From positions 1 through 14,554 of the forward strand of contig JBFWOZ010000060.1 of the NCBI GenBank assembly GCA_050250255.1: DNA of 14,554 nt. Reading direction: 5' to 3'. Each line of letters starts with the position of its first letter. The first letter of the stretch is position 1. Below the pieces are notes generated by a model. It did no database searches and was not told where the DNA came from. It saw nothing but the letters and a program-made list of their open reading frames with translations. Below are positions 8,135 to 14,554 of the stretch, piece by piece. The stretch comes from Bdellovibrionales bacterium. GTDB taxonomy: Bacteria > Bdellovibrionota > Bdellovibrionia > Bdellovibrionales > DASUEL01. The position numbers and the translations under genes are program-made.

Positions 8135-8449
8135 ATGACCGAAGTTATACTTATGAAGTTAAGCACCACACTGCCTTATTTTTGTAAACAAAAAGAATGG
8201 AGTCTCTCTCAGCTTGCTCGAGAGTCAAAGGTGCCGATTCAAACTTTACATAACTGGGTTATTGGAAGCGGAAGAAAACATATCAGCATTGAACAGCTTA
8301 AAAAAGTGTCTGAGGCGCTTGAGGTGCCTTTGCATGAATTATGTTTTGGCACAAAAGACCCTTTTGAAAATTTCAGCGAAGAGGTTTTGCGCGAGCTCTT
8401 CTCGGGTGATATCCGGGTGACTTTACATAAGATTGAAAGATCGAAATAA
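8135..8449 (+). CDS. XRE-family HTH transcriptional regulator
   Basis: WSLSQLARESKVPIQTLHNW...IEQLKKVSEALEVPLHELCFG; SD GAGAGG before ATG 8135 (ATG 8153 is an alternative start). Confidence 0.88.
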   Translation: MTEVILMKLSTTLPYFCKQKEWSLSQLARESKVPIQTLHNWVIGSGRKHISIEQLKKVSEALEVPLHELCFGTKDPFENFSEEVLRELFSGDIRVTLHKIERSK

Positions 8450-8463
8450 TAATGGAGATTTCA

Positions 8464-8985
8464 ATGAAATACGCGATGCTTGTAGCAGTTATAGCTCTTG
8501 GACTAACCACCCTATTTCAAAATTGTGCAGGAAAAAATGAAGCGACTTCGGCCGCTCCAGAGCTAACTGGACAGCAGCAAATCGAGTCGATTCAGGGAAC
8601 TTGGAATTTTTTTTCGGCCACTTGTAACGGTCAGGTAGTTATTGTAAAAGGCTATAAAAATAAAATGTCAATCAATGGAAGTACTTATTCTGACATTTCA
8701 GAAAGTTATACATGTAAAGCTATGATTAGTAATATGACTCTTATACCTAGCGGGAATTATGTGAACCATTCTGGTGGTACTGCTACATGTGTGCCCGCTT
8801 CTTGTAATTTAAGTTATACATTCTCAATAAGTGGACAAGTCACTACTTCTTCAACAGATTGCCCGAGTGAAATGTTAACCAGTAGTCGTCCCGCTAAATT
8901 TAGTGTGGCTGCAGATATTCTCTATCAAACCTTTGATTATGGGAATGGAACGTTATGCACATTCGCATATAATAAAGTGCCTTAA
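8464..8985 (+). CDS. Cys-rich lipoprotein, possible lipocalin-like beta-barrel
   Basis: SD GGAG at 8454-8457; signal ending in the lipobox LFQNC; IQGTW (GxW) motif; six further Cys. Confidence 0.78.
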   Translation: MKYAMLVAVIALGLTTLFQNCAGKNEATSAAPELTGQQQIESIQGTWNFFSATCNGQVVIVKGYKNKMSINGSTYSDISESYTCKAMISNMTLIPSGNYVNHSGGTATCVPASCNLSYTFSISGQVTTSSTDCPSEMLTSSRPAKFSVAADILYQTFDYGNGTLCTFAYNKVP

Positions 8986-8992
8986 TGGTGCT

Positions 8993-10384
8993 TTAAGGAG
9001 ATAGAGCTTGAGCTTTGTGTTGAGGAGTCTCTGCATCTTTGCAAGCATATTCGATAAAGCCTTCAGAGGTTTTGACGATGGTGAGATTTTGCTTACAAGC
9101 TGGGCAACTGCGGTTTTGCGTATTCAAAATGCGAGGCTGAATATGATGGGCCGGAACGGGGATTTGAAAACCTTTTAGATTTTCGTAAACGACAGATTTG
9201 AAATTCCAACCTTTTAGAAGGTGTTTTAACACAAAACCTACGCGAGAGCTGACCACGAGTTCTCCGCTTTGAGCGCGCGCACAAAGTCGGGAGGCCAAAT
9301 TTACTTCGGGGCCCATCGCTGTAAAATAGGACTGACTCTTCCCAATAAAGCCTACGATGGCGGGACCCATGGCCACCCCACATTTGACTCCGGTTTTAAG
9401 GCCATCTACATTTTTTAATTTCTCTTGGGTGATTTTTTCAAAGTCGACAAGGAGAAGCTCAAAAAAAGTGATAATGTTAAATGTCCAGTCTTCTTTCTCC
9501 TCGTAGTTAGCAAGAAAAAGAAACCCATCGCCCGTATGAGTAAGCACAATCAACCCACACTCGGTGGCGCGTCGGGAGGCAGCCTCCAGAAACATTTCTT
9601 TGATTTCCCAATCTGTCATGAGGTCTACGGAATTGGAGATGTTAGTTGAAGATGCGATGTCGGCAAACCCGACCACGGCCGTGCTAATCACTTTTTTCTT
9701 TGTAAGTTTCATTCGTCCGGATTCAATTTCTTCACGTAACTGAGGCGGAAAGTTCTTTTTTAAAAATTCACTTCTGTTGAGTTTTTTTAATTCAGCGTCC
9801 ATTTCAAAACGATCTTCTGCCCAATCAACGGCAACGGCATACTCTGAAAAAGAGGTGAGGGAGGAGACAATAATTAAACCAACTAAAAATGATATTTGAG
9901 TGACCGCAAAAGGCCACTCATCCACATTCGTTGTCGAGAGAATAATGACAATTGTTGGAAACAAACTGAGAACGCTACTGATAAGAGTGAACTTTCTATC
10001 AAGGCGGAATATGCGTTGTCCTACTAGAGGAATTAAGAGCAATCCAGTGATGTACATTGATTTATATCCATCATTCTGAAAAACCATGAGATTGATGATG
10101 TTACAATAGAGAACAATGAGGTAGGCAGAGAGATGCTGTGAATAGTATTTTCTTATGTGGCTCCAGCGAAGCGAAAAAAACGCCAGCCACATACTTGCGG
10201 CACCAAATAATCTTAAACAAAGCCAAAGCTCAAAATTTTCCCGAGAGTAAAAATAATCTATAACAGCGTAAGATAAAAAAATAGGAGCGAGGACAAAGCG
10301 ACCCTGCCAGCGCATCATATGAAAGATGTGTCGTCGGATTTGCCTTTGAAGACTTTGATTGACGCTCTCGAGACTCGTAACCAT
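8993..10384 (-). CDS. Membrane-anchored (about 6 TM) class III nucleotide cyclase with a C-terminal Zn-ribbon-like tail
   Basis: Six hydrophobic segments; CTE-like SEFLKKNFPP; metal Asp in GFADI and TGD; FTAMGPEVNLASRL (N-x3-R). Start probably ATG 10384 (the ORF extends to GTG 10477). Confidence 0.9.
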   Translation of the reverse strand: MVTSLESVNQSLQRQIRRHIFHMMRWQGRFVLAPIFLSYAVIDYFYSRENFELWLCLRLFGAASMWLAFFSLRWSHIRKYYSQHLSAYLIVLYCNIINLMVFQNDGYKSMYITGLLLIPLVGQRIFRLDRKFTLISSVLSLFPTIVIILSTTNVDEWPFAVTQISFLVGLIIVSSLTSFSEYAVAVDWAEDRFEMDAELKKLNRSEFLKKNFPPQLREEIESGRMKLTKKKVISTAVVGFADIASSTNISNSVDLMTDWEIKEMFLEAASRRATECGLIVLTHTGDGFLFLANYEEKEDWTFNIITFFELLLVDFEKITQEKLKNVDGLKTGVKCGVAMGPAIVGFIGKSQSYFTAMGPEVNLASRLCARAQSGELVVSSRVGFVLKHLLKGWNFKSVVYENLKGFQIPVPAHHIQPRILNTQNRSCPACKQNLTIVKTSEGFIEYACKDAETPQHKAQALSP

Positions 10385-10393
10385 TAGTAAACT

Positions 10394-10421
10394 ATTATAG
10401 TTTGGTTTCCCTAAGTTGGGA
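10394..10421 (-). promoter_or_regulatory. -10 box and operator-like site for the cyclase gene
   Basis: TATAAT on the - strand at 10394-10399, 9 nt before ATG 10384; TCCCTA-AGT-TGGGA at 10408-10421 covers the spacer and -35 position. Confidence 0.5.
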
Positions 10422-10702
10422 TAAAAGCCTTTTGGCTCTAGACTTCTTTTTTTGTAGTGGTTAAACGAGACTGCCACGATAGGATTTCTCGTGGATCCAA
10501 TATTTTCTTTCCTTATTTGGATGTTTTGCCACCGACATTCTAATGCGACCTCACTCAGCCCCCAGTGTGAGTGCTTGAAATAGGATGATGGTGTCAGGAC
10601 TAAAAGATGGTCGAGTCAGACGAAGGTCTGAAAATAGGATGGAAGCTTTCTAAATGAATACAAAATGTCGATAGAACCTAGAGACCCAACTAGGAGAAAA
10701 AC

Positions 10703-11491
10703 GTGAATTTTTCAGGGATTATTGGCGTTATATCTGCTGCCGCAGTATTCGTTTTTGTCATTATCGAATCTGCGTCGGGACGAGAGATTTTTCTCAACTC
10801 TCATGCGATTATCATTGTAATGGGTGGCACTATGGCGGCCACACTTCTTTGTTTCCCTATAGGAACTTTGGTAACTCTTGTAAAAGTCTTTTTCCAAAAA
10901 ATCATTGGTAAACATAACGTACACCATAACGAAGTGATTGCTGAGGTTGTGGAACTTGCACGTGGTTACATCGAAGATCCGGCTTATTTACAAAACAATT
11001 ACGAAAAGATCAAAAATCCATTTTTGAAAGAAGCCGTTGAGTTAACCGTACAAAGTGGTATCAGTGCTTCAGAGGTAGATGCGATTTTAGAAATGAGAGC
11101 TCTTACACATTTTAAACGCTACGAAGGCGAAGCGGCTATTTTCAAAACGATCAGCAAATTTCCCCCAGCCTTCGGTCTAATGGGTACTACAGTGGGTATG
11201 ATTGCACTCCTTCAAGGGATCGGTACTCCTGACTCCTTTAAAACTATTGGTTCTTCAATGGCAGTGGGACTTGTCGCGACGTTTTATGGTATCGCAATAG
11301 CCAACCTAATTTTTATTCCTATGGGTGAGAACCTTTCAAAGCTCAATAAAGAAGATGAAGTGATGCGTGAAGTGGTGATCCAGGGGATCAAACTTTTAAG
11401 ACTCAAGAGCCATCCTTTGGTTGTTGAAGAGTACTTGAAGAGCTTCCTACTACCAAAAGAACGTCAATCGCTTCCTAAGCAAGCGGCTTAA
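10703..11491 (+). CDS. motA: MotA/PomA-family stator subunit
   Basis: SD AGGAGA plus GTG start; IIIVMGGT, NPFLKEAVEL, PPAFGLMGTTVGMI, MAVGLVATFYGIAIANLIFIP. Confidence 0.93.
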   Translation: MNFSGIIGVISAAAVFVFVIIESASGREIFLNSHAIIIVMGGTMAATLLCFPIGTLVTLVKVFFQKIIGKHNVHHNEVIAEVVELARGYIEDPAYLQNNYEKIKNPFLKEAVELTVQSGISASEVDAILEMRALTHFKRYEGEAAIFKTISKFPPAFGLMGTTVGMIALLQGIGTPDSFKTIGSSMAVGLVATFYGIAIANLIFIPMGENLSKLNKEDEVMREVVIQGIKLLRLKSHPLVVEEYLKSFLLPKERQSLPKQAA

Positions 11492-11502
11492 TAGGGTGAT
11501 GA

Positions 11503-12261
11503 ATGGCTGAACCAGCTAAGAAACTCAATCTTGAAGACGTGAAGAAGCTCAAGCTCGCGGAAGAGTCTTTGGCGGCGACGAGCATTCGTCATAAGCGTGA
11601 ACAGCTTCACGTGCATACAACTTCAGAGGAAGAGTCTTCTTGGCTTATCAGTTATGCCGACATGATGACTCTTCTTGTAGGTTTTTTTGTGATGCTTCAG
11701 TCTTTTTCTAAAATTGATAATACAAAATTCGAACAGATCAAGAAAGCCACGACAAAAGTATTTGGTGGAGAATACCAAGTTCCGTTTGAAAAGTTCTCTA
11801 AGTCGATGAAAGCCGTTGTCGGTGCCTCGGGAGCTGGGGATCAAGTGGTGTTTCATGAAACCGATGCGGGAGTCGATGTGACTTTTCGCGGAGCTCTCTT
11901 TTTTGATTCGGGCTCGACAGAGCTTCGCCAACAAGCAAAAGATCTTCTCAATAGTCTAGTTCCTATTATTACCGAACAAGCCCAAGATTTTGGCATCGTA
12001 GTTGAAGGACATACAGACAACAATCCCGTTTTAAAAGGCGGAATCTACCAGTCGAACTGGGAGCTTTCTAGCGTGCGAGCTTGTACGGTCGTACGAATTT
12101 TTGAAGAAATGGGTTTTGAGAGAACGCGATTAAAAGCACTAGGATGGGGGGACACGCGTCCTATTCTGCCAAATGCAGATGATAGCGGAAAAATCAATCC
12201 GGAGAATCAGTCTCAGAACCGAAGAGTTGTGATTAAAATTTTAAAAGATTTTGATAAATAA
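11503..12261 (+). CDS. motB: MotB-family stator subunit with OmpA-like peptidoglycan-binding domain
   Basis: WLISYADMMTLLVGFFVML (ion-binding Asp intact); FDSGS, VEGHTDN, SNWELSSVRA, QNRRVVI. Confidence 0.94.
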   Translation: MAEPAKKLNLEDVKKLKLAEESLAATSIRHKREQLHVHTTSEEESSWLISYADMMTLLVGFFVMLQSFSKIDNTKFEQIKKATTKVFGGEYQVPFEKFSKSMKAVVGASGAGDQVVFHETDAGVDVTFRGALFFDSGSTELRQQAKDLLNSLVPIITEQAQDFGIVVEGHTDNNPVLKGGIYQSNWELSSVRACTVVRIFEEMGFERTRLKALGWGDTRPILPNADDSGKINPENQSQNRRVVIKILKDFDK

Positions 12262-12282
12262 GCAGCAAATAGAGGACCCATA

Positions 12283-13431
12283 GTGAAATCACTTAGCATT
12301 GAAAAACGAATTGCTTTGGTGGGTGCAATCTTCGCCTTCGCGATTACGTTTCTTGCTTATCCAATCATCATTGGCGCCCTCAAGGATGGTTTTTTAGCTT
12401 ACAGTGTAAATGTTGTTGGCCAAGCAGTACAAAAAAAGATTGTGTCTACTGCAGATGTACTGAATCTTGGAGTAGATAAAGATCTCCTTGATGAATTTGT
12501 GACTTCTAATTACCCCGCACAGGGTTTTTTAGTTGATCAGCCGCACGAAACTCGTTTGGTCTATTTGAAAAAAGCAAATCCCGCACAGTTTGAACTTATT
12601 GACGCTCGACTTTCCTATTACGATATTCTCATTTCAAAAGCTTTTATCATTTTGGTGAGCGTATTCAGTGCTTTCTTGGGGGCCGGAACCATTCTTTATT
12701 TAATGGGGAAGTACGCTCTCGCGCCAATTAAGATTCTTCGAAGAACAACAGAAGACATTTTAGCAGGGCGTTTTGAAGTGAATTCGAGCTATCGAAGCTC
12801 AGATGAGATCGGAACTATGTTCGATGCTTTAAGACGCATGTGTGTGGAGATGGAAACTAAAGACAAGATGCTCGAAAAAATTTCGGAGCTTGCGACAACA
12901 GATGGGATGACGGGCCTTAAGAACCATCGTGCTTTTAAAGAAGAAATGACTCGCCAAATGAGTTTGATCCAACGGCATAAAGAGATGATTGGAATTTTGC
13001 TCCTCGACGTGGATCACTTTAAAAAGTTCAACGATACTTATGGGCATCAGCAAGGTGATGAGGTTTTGAAAACAGTCGGGAAGACTTTAAAGTCTATCAG
13101 TCGAGATTCTGACTTTGTGGCTCGTTATGGTGGTGAAGAGTTCGTTCTGGTTCTGCCAAAGACCGATGCAGTAGGTGTTGCAAAGATGGCTGAGAAAGTT
13201 CGCGCAAGCCTTGAAGCGGCGAAAGTCCCCATGCTCACGGATGTTACAAAAAATCTTTCGGTAACAGCAAGTGTAGGTGCTGTGTGTGTGGATGGCGCTA
13301 AACTTTTATTAGTTAAAGGCGGCGTGCCGATCTCTGTATTTATTGAAGAGGCCGATAAAAACCTTTACGTCTGCAAAAAGGCAGGCAGGAACTGTGTGAC
13401 GACGACTGAGTGGACGCCGGCGGCCGCATGA
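12283..13431 (+). CDS. Membrane diguanylate cyclase (2 TM, HAMP, GGDEF)
   Basis: HAMP LAPIKILRR...SSDEIGTMFDALRRM; TDGMTGLKNHR, DVDHFKKFNDTYGHQQGDEVL, I-site RDSD and active-site GGEEF; SD AGAGGA. Confidence 0.95.
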   Translation: MKSLSIEKRIALVGAIFAFAITFLAYPIIIGALKDGFLAYSVNVVGQAVQKKIVSTADVLNLGVDKDLLDEFVTSNYPAQGFLVDQPHETRLVYLKKANPAQFELIDARLSYYDILISKAFIILVSVFSAFLGAGTILYLMGKYALAPIKILRRTTEDILAGRFEVNSSYRSSDEIGTMFDALRRMCVEMETKDKMLEKISELATTDGMTGLKNHRAFKEEMTRQMSLIQRHKEMIGILLLDVDHFKKFNDTYGHQQGDEVLKTVGKTLKSISRDSDFVARYGGEEFVLVLPKTDAVGVAKMAEKVRASLEAAKVPMLTDVTKNLSVTASVGAVCVDGAKLLLVKGGVPISVFIEEADKNLYVCKKAGRNCVTTTEWTPAAA

Positions 13432-14201
13432 GTTCGTTCTTGAAATCTCTTTTATTAAGTTCCATTCTTATTTCTCACTCGGCTCTTGCGGACGTGGAAT
13501 TCCAAATGGGTTTTATGCTTGTGAATGGAATGCCAGTTTACAAAGCAAAAGAAATTCTTCCCTCTCAAATTCTTGTTTGCCCTAAAATGTGCGTGATAAA
13601 AATTAATGATTCAAGCGTAACAATTCGACGAGCCGGATTTACGACTTGGGAACAATTCCAAGTGATCAAAAAAGAAGTAGTGAGTACGCCAGATCTTTCA
13701 GCGGGCGGTGCGGGTGGTGCCGGAAGCGAATCGGGAGATCAAAAGTCTGATGTAGAAACAAAATCGACTCATCAAGATGAAGCTCCTGCAGTAGCAGAAG
13801 AAAAAGTAGAGGAAGTCGTAGAAGACGGTGCGCCTCCAGATCCGAATCCACGCTTTCCTCCTTCCGCACATCGATATCAACCAAGCCCATATCCTAAAGA
13901 CAACACACTTTTTCTTTTCCAGGCGGGAGAAAACGTCATTTTACGTCCAGCAAAAAAATGCAAGCAGACCTGCGTGTTCGTGGTGCAAAGTGAAAAGGGC
14001 AAAAGACAAGAAGCCCAATTCGCAGGCGGCAAAGACACAACAATCACAATCCACATCGACGCAAATTGGTCAGGCATTGTAAAATGGTCTCTCGTAGACG
14101 GCACAACCACAGTCAAAGGCCAATTCGAAGTCCAACGCCTAAGCCCTCAAGCCTTAAAAGCAGCCATCAAAGCCAACCGCTCCATCGAAATCCTCCCCTA
14201 A
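13428..14201 (+). CDS. Secreted two-domain hypothetical protein, translationally coupled to the DGC
   Basis: ATGA start/stop overlap at 13428-13431; signal peptide ending HSALA; beta-rich N-domain, a G/S/E/P-rich linker, then a beta-rich C-domain. Confidence 0.82.
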   Translation: MSSFLKSLLLSSILISHSALADVEFQMGFMLVNGMPVYKAKEILPSQILVCPKMCVIKINDSSVTIRRAGFTTWEQFQVIKKEVVSTPDLSAGGAGGAGSESGDQKSDVETKSTHQDEAPAVAEEKVEEVVEDGAPPDPNPRFPPSAHRYQPSPYPKDNTLFLFQAGENVILRPAKKCKQTCVFVVQSEKGKRQEAQFAGGKDTTITIHIDANWSGIVKWSLVDGTTTVKGQFEVQRLSPQALKAAIKANRSIEILP

Positions 14202-14221
14202 AAGGTCTCCGGGCCTTTTTT
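14200..14221. terminator. Short hairpin between convergent genes (terminator and/or REP-like site)
   Basis: AAAAGGTC-TCCG-GGCCTTTT followed by TT. Confidence 0.6.
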
Positions 14222-14225
14222 CTGG

Positions 14226-14554
14226 CTACAGCAAGTCAATTTCCAATGGATGTGGCCGCGAATCTATCTTCGGCAAACCAAATATTTTTCGGCGAAATCC
14301 TCTTTTGATTGCAAGATCGTATTCTGGATTTGATGGAGAGTTGAGCCATTTAAGGGTTCCTTCGAGATTAGAAAACAATGTGTAGTCTTGTTCGATCGGG
14401 ATAATTAATCTTGATTGACCTAAGAGGCCCTGAAGCGTGCTGTAAGGGTATTCTTCAACGTTTTGTACAATCCCAGCTTTCACTGGATTTCTATAATTAT
14501 ATTTATATGCGTTCAGAAAATAATGGTGAGACCGAATTTCGGTACGACGAAATC
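14226..14554 (-). CDS. REP-associated tyrosine transposase (RAYT, Y1 HUH family), C-terminal part; truncated by the window edge
   Basis: The frame is open to the window end and reads FRRTEIRSHHYFLNAYKYNYRNPVKAGIVQNVEEYPYST, matching the RAYT/IS200-like Y-x-x-x-NPVKAG...Y-x-W/Y-S-S/T motif. Confidence 0.85.
   Translation of the reverse strand, partial: FRRTEIRSHHYFLNAYKYNYRNPVKAGIVQNVEEYPYSTLQGLLGQSRLIIPIEQDYTLFSNLEGTLKWLNSPSNPEYDLAIKRGFRRKIFGLPKIDSRPHPLEIDLL

Noticed and set aside
8993..10384. Pycsar or CBASS defence system
   Set aside because: The cyclase is a 6TM receptor type, and there is no adjacent cNMP-binding TIR/TM effector or CD-NTase.
10601..10674. Sigma-28 promoter for motA (TAAA...GTCGATAG)
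   Set aside because: The spacing is 12 nt rather than about 15; the second candidate (TAAA 10601, GACGAAGG 10619) is also a poor match.
10703..12261. Zorya (ZorAB) anti-phage system
   Set aside because: MotA is a compact 262 aa with no long ZorA tail, and no ZorC/D/E-like gene is nearby.
13860..14201. DGR variable region as the cause of the skew
   Set aside because: No template repeat or RT is seen, and the skew enriches A/C at synonymous sites rather than randomising adenines.
614..14308. Remaining short ORFs antisense to or nested in the called genes
   Set aside because: Shadow frames of well-supported CDSs.

Overview
The window looks like Bdellovibrionota/Oligoflexia-type DNA, an inference from the FQNC lipobox, the XRE family and the gene content. 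The left 2.6 kb is a decayed mobile region. It holds a densely hairpinned ~185-nt leader, an XRE regulator convergent with a serine resolvase that has res-like sites, a small secreted protein, a truncated IS481 end and a 109-bp element with perfect 21-bp terminal inverted repeats. The middle has RecQ, a secreted HExxHxxGxxH protein, a secreted CBM48-like/esterase fusion and a PA-M28 aminopeptidase. The right has an XRE plus AT-rich lipoprotein cassette, and a 6TM class III cyclase with a non-canonical specificity residue. The cyclase is divergent from an orphan operon of motA, motB, a HAMP/GGDEF protein and a secreted protein, which ends against a partial RAYT-like Y1 transposase. Four signals stand out. 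(1) A near-total A/C skew at third codon positions builds up toward the RAYT/hairpin junction. (2) A stator is co-operonic with a diguanylate cyclase, and its MotA appears to lack the FliG-contact residues. (3) A CCYA-N3-TRGG operator-like motif is shared by the XRE promoter and the cyclase/motA divergent region. (4) A G.U-rich structured leader lies next to the resolvase module.
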